From Promethearchaeota archaeon (GTDB lineage Archaea; Asgardarchaeota; Lokiarchaeia; Sigyniarchaeales; SOKP01), in the NCBI GenBank assembly GCA_019894975.1, contig JAGXNO010000009.1, forward strand, positions 1 through 64,000: a stretch of 64,000 bases of DNA. The letters run 5' to 3'. Positions 1 to 9,932 of the stretch are shown in pieces; within the stretch, counting starts at the first letter, position 1, and every line of letters begins with the position of its first letter. The notes under the pieces are model-generated. The model had not been told where the DNA came from. It did no database searches and saw only the letters and a list, made by a program, of their open reading frames with translations. The translations under genes and the position numbers were made by a program.

Positions 1-648
1 GATCGAAGCATCCTAGCTTATAAGGGTGCAAATAATTTATTAAAACCTTCTGATGTTAAGGAGGAAGTATTTGAAAATATTAAAGCATTCGCTTGGACAT
101 CCTTGACTACTGAAGAAAGTTGTAAAGCAATAGAAAAAGCAATAACATTAACTAAAAATAAAGGAGGAATGGTGTTTGCAGCTCCTAGCATGTCAATCAT
201 AAAAAATGCTCCAGAGTGGGCAAAAATTTTAATATCTAATTCTGATGTAGTTTCCTTAAATTTAGAAGAGGCTCAAGAATTCACTGGTGAAAGTAAAAAA
301 ACTCTAATGATTAAAATATTCTTAGATCTGGGAATTAAGCTAATCTCTATAACCGATGGACCTAACGGTTCCATTATTTCAGATGGTAAGATTATAATAA
401 ATAGTGGTGTTTATAGCGTGACTAAGGTTGAGGATACTACTGGAGCAGGAGATGCTTTTTTAAGCGGTATCCTAATCTCGAGATTGAATAACTTTTCTCT
501 GGAAAAGACATCAAAAATTGCCACTGCTATGTCATTTTTAGAAAGTAGAGAAGTTGGGGTTCGAGAAGGATTACCAAACAGCATTAAAGAATTAGAAGAC
601 TTTGTGACCAATAATACAATCAACCAGGTTATATCCGAAATTGTCTAA
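1..648 (+). CDS. PfkB/ribokinase-family carbohydrate kinase, 5'-truncated by the window edge
   Basis: Frame is open from base 1 (DRSILAYKGAN...). Has NLEEA, ITDGPNG and the PfkB signature DTTGAGDAF. Confidence 0.9.
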   Translation, partial: DRSILAYKGANNLLKPSDVKEEVFENIKAFAWTSLTTEESCKAIEKAITLTKNKGGMVFAAPSMSIIKNAPEWAKILISNSDVVSLNLEEAQEFTGESKKTLMIKIFLDLGIKLISITDGPNGSIISDGKIIINSGVYSVTKVEDTTGAGDAFLSGILISRLNNFSLEKTSKIATAMSFLESREVGVREGLPNSIKELEDFVTNNTINQVISEIV

Positions 649-714
649 TATAGAAAATTTTCATTAAGAATCATTAAATTTTAATTTTTAATTTAATTAT
701 TGTTACCAATTTAT

Positions 715-786
715 GCGTTGCTAGTATAGTGGTCAGTATGCCAGGTTGCCAACTTGGCGACCCGGGTTCAATTCCCGGGCGACGCA
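715..786 (+). tRNA. tRNA-Gly (anticodon GCC), no intron, CCA not encoded
   Basis: Acceptor stem GCGTTGC/GCGACGC, D-arm with AGTGGT, anticodon arm CCAGG-TTGCCAA-CTTGG (GCC at 748-750), T-arm CCGGG-TTCAATT-CCCGG, discriminator A786. Confidence 0.97.
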
Positions 787-829
787 TCTTATTTTAACCA
801 AAGTTTACAGAACCTTTAGGGGTGTTTAC

Positions 830-1576
830 ATGAAAAAAATCGATAATACAGAATATTTTCACATAATAGAGATTTCTGAAAGATTTCTCGAAAACAAAAC
901 AGGAGAAGAAATTCGAATTCTGTTTGAAGAGGGTAAAATTAATGGGAAAAAAATTGAGACTGAATGGTATGCAGACAAAGAAGCTATAGATAATTATATC
1001 GAACTCTTCATGAATGAGAGGTTTTTTACAATAGGTCCTTCAGAAATTGATTTAAATACTATTGAGATGGAAGGGAGAATTCTAGATATAGGCGGAGGAG
1101 GTGAGGGTGTGATTGGCCAACTTAAGGGTTCACAGGTCATTGCAATTGATCCTTCGAAAAGAGAACTTGAAGAAGCACCGAGAAATGAATCGTTAAACAT
1201 CATTATGGATGGAAAAGACTTGAAGTTTTTAGATAACACATTTGATTCTGTGACTGCTTTTTTTACCTTGATGTACATTCCTTTAAAAGATCGTGAGACT
1301 GTGTTTAAAGAGATCCATAGAGTCTTAAAAAAAAAAGGAGAATTCTTTCTTTGGGATTTAATCATACCTCCCAGAGATGGTCAAAAAGAAGCCGTTTATA
1401 TTATAGCTCTTAAAATAAGGTTAAATGAGGATATTATAAATACTGGTTATGGAACGAGATGGGAAAAAGACCAGAATGCAGATTACTTTTTGAAATTAGG
1501 AAAAGATGTAGGATTTGAGGTTTTAGAGGAAAAAATAGCTGAAGATACCTTTTTCATAAAATTTAGAAAATCCTGA
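830..1576 (+). CDS. Class I SAM-dependent methyltransferase with N-terminal excisionase/HTH_17-like domain
   Basis: ILDIGGGGEG motif I, FLDNTFDSVT and EIHRVLKKKG. Start moved to ATG830 (GGGGTG SD upstream) because the track start at 746 lies inside the tRNA. Confidence 0.8.
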   Translation: MKKIDNTEYFHIIEISERFLENKTGEEIRILFEEGKINGKKIETEWYADKEAIDNYIELFMNERFFTIGPSEIDLNTIEMEGRILDIGGGGEGVIGQLKGSQVIAIDPSKRELEEAPRNESLNIIMDGKDLKFLDNTFDSVTAFFTLMYIPLKDRETVFKEIHRVLKKKGEFFLWDLIIPPRDGQKEAVYIIALKIRLNEDIINTGYGTRWEKDQNADYFLKLGKDVGFEVLEEKIAEDTFFIKFRKS

Positions 1577-1601
1577 AATTATCAGAAAATATCACTAAGG
1601 T

Positions 1602-1644
1602 ATGTATAACAAGCCGTGAAAGAGGTGTTTCACGAAGAATACAT
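1602..1644. promoter_or_regulatory. Interrupted inverted repeat (CGTGAAA-N6-TTTCACG inside ATGTAT...ATACAT); possible operator or RNA hairpin upstream of flavodoxin
   Basis: Perfect 7-bp arms at 1615-1621 and 1628-1634, with outer 6-bp arms at 1602-1607 and 1639-1644. Confidence 0.35.
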
Positions 1645-1747
1645 TGAAACTTTTTAGGTTTCCCTATACATAACTTTTTCTATAATGTGAAGAATTAATT
1701 CATAATAATCCAAATTGGATTCAAATAATAAAAAAGAGTAATAAAAA

Positions 1748-2194
1748 ATGAAAGTACTTATCGTTTACGACACAAAACATGGAAATACAAAAAAGGTAGC
1801 AGAAGAGATTGGTGAAGGTTTAAAAAGTGTTGAATCAAATGAGGTTACAATTGAAAACGTGAAAGAGATTGATTTAAATAAAGATGAGGTTTATGATTTA
1901 ATACTCATTGGTTCTCCAAATCACGTGGGGAGTCACACAAAATCTGTTAAGAAATTCATAAAGGGGCTTCCCAATAGTTTATTAAAGGGAAAATCTTTTG
2001 CGGTATTTGATACGTATATGTCAAAGGATTATGAAAAGGCAGTAAAAAAAATGGAAAAGCAAATCAATGAGCTTATGCCAACTTTAAATAAAGCAAGTTC
2101 TGGATTATCTATTAAAGTTGGGGGGATGAAAGGACCAATTGTAGAAGAAGATCTCCCAAAATGTAAAGAGTTTGGAATAACACTTTCAAAATAA
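1748..2194 (+). CDS. Flavodoxin-family protein
   Basis: FMN phosphate loop IVYDTKHGNTKKVAE, LILIGSPNH and FAVFDT. Confidence 0.9.
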   Translation: MKVLIVYDTKHGNTKKVAEEIGEGLKSVESNEVTIENVKEIDLNKDEVYDLILIGSPNHVGSHTKSVKKFIKGLPNSLLKGKSFAVFDTYMSKDYEKAVKKMEKQINELMPTLNKASSGLSIKVGGMKGPIVEEDLPKCKEFGITLSK

Positions 2195-2290
2195 TTTTTT
2201 AACAAACAGTAAAAAATCAAAAACATTTATTTTTATATTACTACTATTAATTTTATAACTTAAGCTATAACTAACAAAGAGGGGTAGAAA

Positions 2291-3166
2291 ATGCCTAAAT
2301 GTAAATTTTATATTGTGGATGTTTTTGCTGAAAGAAAGCTTGAAGGAAATCAACTTGCTGTTTTTATTTGTGAAAATGAAATTAAAGATTCTGATATGCA
2401 GAGAATTGCAAAGGAAATGAATTATTCAGAAACGTCATTTATTACTTCAATTGAAAGTAATACTGTTCGTATTTTTACACCTGATATAGAATTACCTTTT
2501 GCGGGACACCCCACTTTGGGGACGGCATACGTGATGCAAAAAGAAATAATAAAATCAAATATTAAAACGCTCCTGCTTGATCTTAAGATTGGTCAAATTC
2601 CTGTTTTATTTAAGTACAAATCAGGTGAAGTTGAAGAAATTTGGATGGAACAAAATGTTCCCGCATTTGGACAATTTTTTGCTCCAGCTTTAATAGCAGA
2701 TTCAGTATTTCTAGATGAAGAAGATATGGATATTAGGTTTCCGATCCAAGAAGTTTCTACAGGTCTTCCTTTTATTATTGTCCCATTGAAAACTATGGAG
2801 GCACTTAAAAGAGCCCGAGTGGAAAGAGATAAGTTACTCGATTTAATAGAAAATACCAATGCTAAATCACTATTGTTATTTTGTCCCGAAACTCGTAAAA
2901 AAGGAAATCATATAAGTGTTCGCGTATTTACTGAAGTTCCGGGATTTGAAGATCCTGCTACTGGTTCAGGTAATGGATGTTTAGCTGCCTATTTATCACA
3001 TCATCAATATTATGGCAAGAGTAGCATAAATATTCGAGTAGAACAAGGTTACGAAATAGGTCGACCAAGTTTATTATACTTAAAAGCCGAGGAGATAGAT
3101 GGTAACATAAGCGTTTCAGTAGGGGGGAAAGCTTTTATCATTGCGAATGGAGAGCTAAATATATAA
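2291..3166 (+). CDS. PhzF-family isomerase/epimerase
   Basis: VDVF...GNQLAV, SETSF, ELPFAGHPTLG and EDPATGSGNG. Confidence 0.93.
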   Translation: MPKCKFYIVDVFAERKLEGNQLAVFICENEIKDSDMQRIAKEMNYSETSFITSIESNTVRIFTPDIELPFAGHPTLGTAYVMQKEIIKSNIKTLLLDLKIGQIPVLFKYKSGEVEEIWMEQNVPAFGQFFAPALIADSVFLDEEDMDIRFPIQEVSTGLPFIIVPLKTMEALKRARVERDKLLDLIENTNAKSLLLFCPETRKKGNHISVRVFTEVPGFEDPATGSGNGCLAAYLSHHQYYGKSSINIRVEQGYEIGRPSLLYLKAEEIDGNISVSVGGKAFIIANGELNI

Positions 3167-3176
3167 AATAATGATG

Positions 3177-4295
3177 TTACAGAACAACAGTTTTGTAAGC
3201 ATTGACCTTTTTCACTAATTCTTCCACTTCCTCCTGATGAGAAAATAAGGCACAAGGTGACCCATTAGTTTCTAACAGATGTTCATTTTCTCTAATTATT
3301 GTAAATAACTGACTTTTTAATCCATCTTCTAGAGTCGAATTTGTCAAATTATGAGTAGCAATATTAGAAACGGGACATGGTGTTAAATCTCCTGATGGTG
3401 TTACGTGAGCAAATCCTCTACCTGCAGATACACATCCTCCCATATATTCTTCATCTCCTGGAGAATGGACAAGTAAAATCTGTTTATTTTTACGATAGAA
3501 TAACACTTTATTTCTGAATTCAGCACTTTCCTCTTCAGTAAGCATTAATTCGGTATTATTATCTACCGGAATATATTCAAGCAGAAAAGCTAAACGCACT
3601 CCTTGCGATATTAATTCATCAATGTTTTTAGATTCCATCCAAAATCTAAAATTATTACGATTAATTGTTACTGAAATTCCACTTAAAATCCCATTTTCAT
3701 CTAGTTTATTGATTGTGTTTATGGCTTTTTCATAAACACCAGAGCCTCTTCTTAAATCAGTCAATTCTTTACTTCCTTCAATACTTACTATGATTATTGT
3801 ATTCTTTAAACGCTTTAATTTCTTATATTCTGGATCTCCTAAAATTGTTCCATTTGTAAATATTAAAAACAATCGATCGTTGAACACTTCACTTATCTTT
3901 AATAGATTTGGCATTAGAAATGGCTCTCCCCCTGCTATAATAAATCCGAAAACACCTAAATCAGATGCCTCTTTTATTATTTTGGTCCATTGTTCTGCCT
4001 GAAGATTTTTATTAGATTGATTATTACATAACGTTCCCGTTGCATCTGCGTAACATCCTGCACATTTAAGATTACAATTAGAAGTAATACTTAAGATTAG
4101 AAAGGGAGGTACTGTTGTTCCTTTCAAGAGTTCTTCTTCTCTAGTTCTACAGCTCTTTCTATATGCTTTTGCTAAACGCATCATAGCATATATGCCTTTT
4201 GAATGCTTTAAAATCCAAGGCATAAATACTCTAGCCATGTTAGAATTTATTATCTTTAAAGCTCGATTTATAAAACTAGTTTCTTTAACTTCCAT
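3177..4295 (-). CDS. Radical SAM protein with SPASM/twitch domain
   Basis: CNLKCAGC (CxxxCxxC), GGEPF, FTNG, and C-terminal GCVSAG...PSGDLTPCP. Confidence 0.9.
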   Translation of the reverse strand: MEVKETSFINRALKIINSNMARVFMPWILKHSKGIYAMMRLAKAYRKSCRTREEELLKGTTVPPFLILSITSNCNLKCAGCYADATGTLCNNQSNKNLQAEQWTKIIKEASDLGVFGFIIAGGEPFLMPNLLKISEVFNDRLFLIFTNGTILGDPEYKKLKRLKNTIIIVSIEGSKELTDLRRGSGVYEKAINTINKLDENGILSGISVTINRNNFRFWMESKNIDELISQGVRLAFLLEYIPVDNNTELMLTEEESAEFRNKVLFYRKNKQILLVHSPGDEEYMGGCVSAGRGFAHVTPSGDLTPCPVSNIATHNLTNSTLEDGLKSQLFTIIRENEHLLETNGSPCALFSHQEEVEELVKKVNAYKTVVL

Positions 4296-4617
4296 TATCT
4301 CGTTAAATTTTATTCGATTCTTCTTATAATTTTAAAAATTCTAGCTAACTTATTATTTAAGGAGTCCATTTTTTATGAGCAATCAAATAGCTACATTAAT
4401 GTCTAATTAGCTTCTTGTTACGTTAATAATTCAATAATAAACGTGCTAATTATAATGTTTTCCCTAACTTAAATCTTTCAAAATAATGTAATAATTTAAT
4501 AGTATTAATGAAAGAAGATTACTAATACTCACAACAAATAGCTATAATAAGATCAAAAAATTAATGCTAGTATTATGAAAGTAGTATAAACTACAATAAA
4601 AATAAAATATTCTAGAT

Positions 4618-6075
4618 ATGGACATTAAATTAAAGTTCGCTTTTCTAACACTAATAGTCATTTTATTTCAATCCTGTTTGAAAGTAATAGGTGTTCTCAT
4701 TACAGGAAGTTTAAGTTTTCTCTCTGAAACAGTAGATACTCTTAGTGACATTTTATTCGTGTCTATTACCTTGTATTCACTGTACATTAGTCAGAAACCC
4801 GCAGATTATGAACATATGTATGGGCATAGCAAAATTGATTCAATTTCGGGATTGATCCAAGGTATTATTTTAATGAATATTTATGTCATATTGATATATA
4901 ACGCTATAAGGATCATCTTTTCAGGCAATTTCGAAGTTTTAAATCCTGAAGCGGGTTTAGTTTTACTTGTTATATCCTTTTTAGTTAACCTTTTTTTCTC
5001 AAGATTTCTAATTTCGCAAGGTAGGCGACAAAAAAGTTTGACACTGAACATTCAAGGGCTTAATTTATTTCAAGATTCATTAAGAGCCATTATTGTTATT
5101 GTAAGTTTCAGTTTTGCTTATTTTAATATTACTTTCCTTGATCCTATTCTAAGCATAGGTCTTTCTGTATGGATCATTTACGGTGCATTTAAATTAGTGA
5201 AAGGAGGTGTTAAAGAACTAGCAGATACGAATCCAGTTAGTTCTATTATAACTGAAAAATTAAGACAGGAAATATTTTCCCTTGAACATGTCATTGGACT
5301 GCATGATTTGAAAATTCGAGCCAGCGGTAAAATTCTCTTCATAGAAGTTCATTTATCTGTAGAAGACCATATATCTATAGTACATGCAAATGAAATTATT
5401 AAATCAATTAGGACCATTAGTGAAAGAAACTTTCCACTTTACAAAGTCGAGTGTGTTGTAGAAATGAATCCCTTAGCCAGTGAAAAATCCTTGGGGGAAG
5501 GATTAATTAATCTTATTTATTCAATGAAAATAGATTACCCAAATATAATTAATCTTAAAGATTTAAATGTGTTCAGACTTGAGAATGAGTACTTTATTTC
5601 TTTGGTTGTTGTAGTTAATGATTCTCTTTCACTTGCAGAAGCACACAGGATTAGTAGTAATTTTGAGAGTGAAATTAAAAAACAAGCTACCTATATATCT
5701 CGAGTAATTACTCATATCGAAAGCCAAAATTATGAACACAAAATGATCGCAAATCAAATTAAATGTGATGATGTAGGACCTGAAATGTTAGAGCAAATTA
5801 CTGATGTAGTTGAAATTGTACTAAAAGGGCACTCTAAAGTAAAGGGCTATCATGGGTTAGAATTTTGGGCGACCTTAGACTCTTGTATTTTAGAGTTACA
5901 TGTTTTTTTTGAAGGTTCGATGAATATTGCTGAAACTCATAAGTATATTACTGAGTTAGAAGAGGAGATTCGAGAAGAGTTAGGAATTGATAATTTAGAC
6001 ACGATTTTTCTTCATTCTGAACCATCAGAAGGTCGTCCAGATGGAATAGTTTTTGATGAAATAAAGGATAACTAA
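4618..6075 (+). CDS. Cation diffusion facilitator (FieF-like) with three tandem cytoplasmic ZT_dimer-like domains
   Basis: About 6 TM segments and KPADYEHMYGHSK. Three repeats: ISIVHANEI, LSLAEAHRIS...ITHIE, MNIAETHKYI...FLHSEP. Confidence 0.85.
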   Translation: MDIKLKFAFLTLIVILFQSCLKVIGVLITGSLSFLSETVDTLSDILFVSITLYSLYISQKPADYEHMYGHSKIDSISGLIQGIILMNIYVILIYNAIRIIFSGNFEVLNPEAGLVLLVISFLVNLFFSRFLISQGRRQKSLTLNIQGLNLFQDSLRAIIVIVSFSFAYFNITFLDPILSIGLSVWIIYGAFKLVKGGVKELADTNPVSSIITEKLRQEIFSLEHVIGLHDLKIRASGKILFIEVHLSVEDHISIVHANEIIKSIRTISERNFPLYKVECVVEMNPLASEKSLGEGLINLIYSMKIDYPNIINLKDLNVFRLENEYFISLVVVVNDSLSLAEAHRISSNFESEIKKQATYISRVITHIESQNYEHKMIANQIKCDDVGPEMLEQITDVVEIVLKGHSKVKGYHGLEFWATLDSCILELHVFFEGSMNIAETHKYITELEEEIREELGIDNLDTIFLHSEPSEGRPDGIVFDEIKDN

Positions 6076-7211
6076 AAAGGAAAACTGTAATTATTTAATT
6101 TAAGTTCTCTTTGCATTACTTTAATATCTTTTTGTAAGCTTTTGTTGATAGGAATACCAGTGTCTCTTCTTTCTATTTCTGAAATGTATTCCTTTTCTCC
6201 TGCTGTGAATATCTTATTCTTCCCCGGGGCTAGCTTAGAACTTCTCAGTTCGCGCATAATGTTGCCCGCGACTTCTTTAAATCTGGTTACTGGCAAAAAA
6301 TTTCCTATATTGATTGCTAAAAAGAAATGACCTACTTTTAACCTATTTTGACCATTTTCTTCTATCCCTGCCGTATCTCGAAGAAAGATTCCATCTTGTA
6401 ATGCAGCACATAGAATTTCAGCGAAGGTCGCATAACCATATCCTTTATGTCCTGAAGTAGATTCGCCTTCTCCTCCTAACGGCAATAAAGCAGCAGAACG
6501 ATTTAATAATTTATTTAATACTACTTCGGGATCTGTTTTAGAATTTCCATTATCTGAAATAATTAGACCGCTAGGTAGTGGTTTATGGATTCTATTATAT
6601 AATTCTACTTTACCTCTTTGTATAATTGAGGTTGCTGCATCCATAAGGAATGGAAAGGCTTCATCTGTCGGAGCACCATAGGTTAAAGGATTTGTTCCTA
6701 ACATTGGTTCAACCCCAAATGTTGGAGGAACAGCAGGGCGTGTATTAGTAGTTACAAATCCAATCATTCCCTCTTGAATTGCCATAAGACTGTAATATCC
6801 TGCGAAACCGAAGTGAGTAGAGTTTTTACAAGCAACTGCCCCTAGACCATAACGTTTGGCTTTTTCAATCGCCATTTTCATTGCCTTATAGGCAATAACG
6901 TGTCCCATTCCGCAATGTCCATCAATAACAGCAGTAGTTATGTTGTCATTTACGATTTCGATTTCTGTTTTTGGATTGTAAATCCCTTCTTTTATCCGAT
7001 CATAATACATTTTACATCTTTGGATACCGTGCGAATCGATACCCCTTAAATCTGAATTTATAAGAACATCAGCGATGATCTCAGCATCTTCTTCAGGGAC
7101 TTCAAGTTCAATGAAAACATCTTTCATGAAACTTTTAAGAATCTTATGTTCCAAGTACACAATATCATCTGAAGTAGAATTGATTGCTTCTTCTGCCGCT
7201 TTTTCTACCAT
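6072..7211 (-). CDS. Ldh_2 (malate/L-lactate/ureidoglycolate dehydrogenase, ComC/AllD-like) oxidoreductase, copy 2
   Basis: DLRGIDSHG, NSTHFG, LGTNP and GHKGYG. Confidence 0.9.
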   Translation of the reverse strand: MVEKAAEEAINSTSDDIVYLEHKILKSFMKDVFIELEVPEEDAEIIADVLINSDLRGIDSHGIQRCKMYYDRIKEGIYNPKTEIEIVNDNITTAVIDGHCGMGHVIAYKAMKMAIEKAKRYGLGAVACKNSTHFGFAGYYSLMAIQEGMIGFVTTNTRPAVPPTFGVEPMLGTNPLTYGAPTDEAFPFLMDAATSIIQRGKVELYNRIHKPLPSGLIISDNGNSKTDPEVVLNKLLNRSAALLPLGGEGESTSGHKGYGYATFAEILCAALQDGIFLRDTAGIEENGQNRLKVGHFFLAINIGNFLPVTRFKEVAGNIMRELRSSKLAPGKNKIFTAGEKEYISEIERRDTGIPINKSLQKDIKVMQRELKLNNYSFPF

Positions 7212-7376
7212 CTTATTAATGAGAAAATAAAAAATGTGATAGGAATTAATTATAAGCCTTTCTATTTAATTAAAATCCTATTTAATATAAGGTGAATAAT
7301 AGTGATTCATTTATAGATTTTAATAATTTTTTTCGATTTTTTTAATTATTAAGAACACAATTAAAAAGGATAGAAC

Positions 7377-8489
7377 TTAGAAAGAGAAATTATAACTATC
7401 TAAAGCGAGTTCTTTTTGCATTTTTTTAATATCTTTTTGTAAGCTTTTATTGAGGGGAATACCTGTTTTCTTTCTCTCAATTTCAGCATCATATTCCTTT
7501 TCTCCTGCAGTATATATTCTATCCTCACCTGGTTCTTTTGGAGAATTCCTAAGGTCTCGCATAATATCCCCTGCAGTACCTTTAAACGATTCAATCCCAA
7601 TAAAACTATCAATATTTATTGCCAGAAAGAAATGTCCTACTTTTAATCTTTTCTGACCATCTTCTATTATGCCTATAGTATCTCTCAAATTAATTCCTTC
7701 CTGTAATGCTGCTGACAATAATTCGACGACCGTTGCATATCCGTAACCCTTATATCCTGAAGTTTCTTCTCCTTTTCCACCTAGTGGCAACAAGGCTGCT
7801 TTTTTTTCCCCCATTTTTTTCAGCACTAATCCCGCATCTGTAAGAAAGTTACCATTCTCATCAATTACAGTATTTTCTGGAAGAGGTTTATGAATCCGAT
7901 CATATACCTCAACTTTACCTCTCTGTATAATTGATGTTGCAGCATCAATTAAAAACGGGAACTGTTCATCTGTAGGGGCCCCAATCGTCAAAGGATTTGT
8001 ACCCAACATCGGTTCAACTCCGAACGTAGGAGGGATCGAAGGTCGTGCATTCGTTACCGCTAAGCCAATCATCCCTTCCTTAATTGCCATTAGGCTGTAG
8101 TAACCAGCAATCCCAAAATGAGTCGAGTTCCTCACAGCTATTGCCCCCAATCCATACTTCTTTGCTTTTTTAATGGCCATTTTCATTGATTTGTAAGCAA
8201 TAACATGCCCCATACCACAATTACCATCCAAAAGTGCGGTGGTTGGGCCCTCCTTGATAATATCTATTTTTGTATTTGTTTCATAAATACCCGCTTTAAT
8301 TCTATCATAATACATTTTACATCGCTGAATTCCATGAGAATCTATGCCCCTCAAATCTGAAGTAATGAGAACTTCGGCGATGATCTTTGCATCTTCTTCT
8401 GGAACTCCAAGTCCCTTAAACACATCTCCCATGAAATTTTCAAGGATTTCTGCATCGATGCATATTATTTCTTCTGACATATTAAACAT
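7377..8489 (-). CDS. Ldh_2 oxidoreductase, copy 1 (tandem paralog; start may be ATG8480)
   Basis: Same motifs as 6072-7211 with long identical peptide stretches. Confidence 0.9.
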   Translation of the reverse strand: MFNMSEEIICIDAEILENFMGDVFKGLGVPEEDAKIIAEVLITSDLRGIDSHGIQRCKMYYDRIKAGIYETNTKIDIIKEGPTTALLDGNCGMGHVIAYKSMKMAIKKAKKYGLGAIAVRNSTHFGIAGYYSLMAIKEGMIGLAVTNARPSIPPTFGVEPMLGTNPLTIGAPTDEQFPFLIDAATSIIQRGKVEVYDRIHKPLPENTVIDENGNFLTDAGLVLKKMGEKKAALLPLGGKGEETSGYKGYGYATVVELLSAALQEGINLRDTIGIIEDGQKRLKVGHFFLAINIDSFIGIESFKGTAGDIMRDLRNSPKEPGEDRIYTAGEKEYDAEIERKKTGIPLNKSLQKDIKKMQKELALDSYNFSF

Positions 8490-8739
8490 TTTAAATCTGT
8501 AGATATATGTTGGATAAGCACTTGCTTATTAAATAATGATATTATTAAAGGTTTAAGATTATTGTATAATTTCTGCTCTTTAAATTGTAAATCAAGCCAT
8601 AGAAATTCCAACAGTCATATAAGACAATATGATCTACATATTATTACTGTATATATATCTCAAATATCCATAAACATATGATATTATTGAGTCTTTAAAG
8701 CTTAATTATTCCCCATAAAAACACCTAGATAAACGAGCC

Positions 8740-9597
8740 ATGACGCAAAAAGAGAAATTAAAATGTCCCATGTGCAGTGATAAGTTCATTCCGAGAACAT
8801 TTTATCCAGAAGAGGCTATTTTTTCAACTTCAGACGGAAAAAAATTATCCGGATTTAATGGTTACATAAGTTCGAGTGGTGTAAAACCAACTGAAGTAAT
8901 TTTAAGTTCTTGGATCACATATTGCCCAAAATGCAATTATGTACTAAAATTTGTAAAAGAAATTGTGAAGAAAGAGAAGATTCAAGCACAGAGTGCATTG
9001 GTTAAAGATATTAAAGAAAAATATAATAACTATTATTTTGGATTCCCATTTGAAGATTACTCACAGTACCTTCAAAAGGCTACAAGAGAAGTTAAAGCTA
9101 CCATTGAGTCTTCTTTAAATAAATTGAATTTAAGTGCATTTGAAAATATGCATGAAATTAAGGATACATTCAAGCTTTTAGTACGGTTTTATGCTAATCT
9201 CGAAAATTATTGCAATTCTCAATTTTCTACAGAAGAAGATAAAAATCTAGGAGAAAAAATAAAATTATTAGAGCTATCAGCAGATCTAGAAGAGATCTTG
9301 ATTGAACTAAATGAGATTAAAGATAAGACTATCCATAGTGATTATGAATTATCTAATTCTGATAAAGCAAATGTTAACAGAGCGGTTACGGGATTCATGT
9401 TAGACAGAATTAAAAAACACGTTAAGCCTTTAATTGACAGTAAGAAGTTAAAAAATAAATATAGTTATGTAGATATAAGAGATCTTAATTCTGAAATAAA
9501 ATTATATCTAAATGGATACTTTAGCAGTATATTTAATAATGGTCGAGCTACTGATGAACAGGTAAAAATTTTCTTAGATCAGCTTCTTGTGAACTAG
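8740..9597 (+). CDS. Hypothetical protein with split Zn-ribbon (CPMC...CPKC) and helical C-terminal domain, possibly a degenerate HEPN
   Basis: 285-codon ORF with two CxxC pairs and LGEKIKLL...LNEIKDKTIH. Confidence 0.6.
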   Translation: MTQKEKLKCPMCSDKFIPRTFYPEEAIFSTSDGKKLSGFNGYISSSGVKPTEVILSSWITYCPKCNYVLKFVKEIVKKEKIQAQSALVKDIKEKYNNYYFGFPFEDYSQYLQKATREVKATIESSLNKLNLSAFENMHEIKDTFKLLVRFYANLENYCNSQFSTEEDKNLGEKIKLLELSADLEEILIELNEIKDKTIHSDYELSNSDKANVNRAVTGFMLDRIKKHVKPLIDSKKLKNKYSYVDIRDLNSEIKLYLNGYFSSIFNNGRATDEQVKIFLDQLLVN

Positions 9598-9701
9598 ACG
9601 TTATTTCTCTTTAAAATTAGTTTTCTTGTATATTCATTAGAATGCAAAATATTATCACCGTGCTATATCTATTTTTGAGACTTTTTATATATTTTTCATT
9701 C

Positions 9702-9860
9702 ATGATTTTAAATGATCTAAAGGCTAAAGTTGATGGGAGATTTTCTAAAGAAATAGTAGTGGAAGATGATGGTGAAGATTTAGTATATGTTTTTCCTGAT
9801 ACAACGGAATTTATTTCGATTTTAAGAAGGAAAATGCATAAGGAAGTAATTCCAAAATAA
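9702..9860 (+). CDS. Small hypothetical protein (52 aa)
   Basis: ATG9702 MILNDLKAKVDG... has protein-like composition. The upstream extension in the track is T-rich and looks non-coding. Confidence 0.45.
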   Translation: MILNDLKAKVDGRFSKEIVVEDDGEDLVYVFPDTTEFISILRRKMHKEVIPK

Positions 9861-9932
9861 TACTAGATTCACTGATATTAGAATAATACTACATTACATT
9901 ATGTTTTTATTTTTAATTTCATTTCATATCAT

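Noticed and set aside
746-829. N-terminal extension of the methyltransferase ORF given in the track
   Set aside because: It overlaps tRNA-Gly, and ATG830 has its own SD.
3177-4295. Radical SAM/SPASM enzyme as a RiPP maturase for the 20-aa pre-UGA peptides
   Set aside because: It lies 16 kb away, has no adjacent precursor or RRE domain, and belongs to a widespread stand-alone type.
715-4300. tRNA-Gly as an integration site for a mobile element
   Set aside because: No integrase or transposase, and no repeat of the tRNA 3' end was seen in the window.
4296-4617. Imperfect repeats (TAGTATTA(A)TGAAAG twice; several TAGCT) as a CRISPR or repeat array
   Set aside because: Only two short imperfect copies, with irregular spacing, in AT-rich promoter DNA, and no cas genes.
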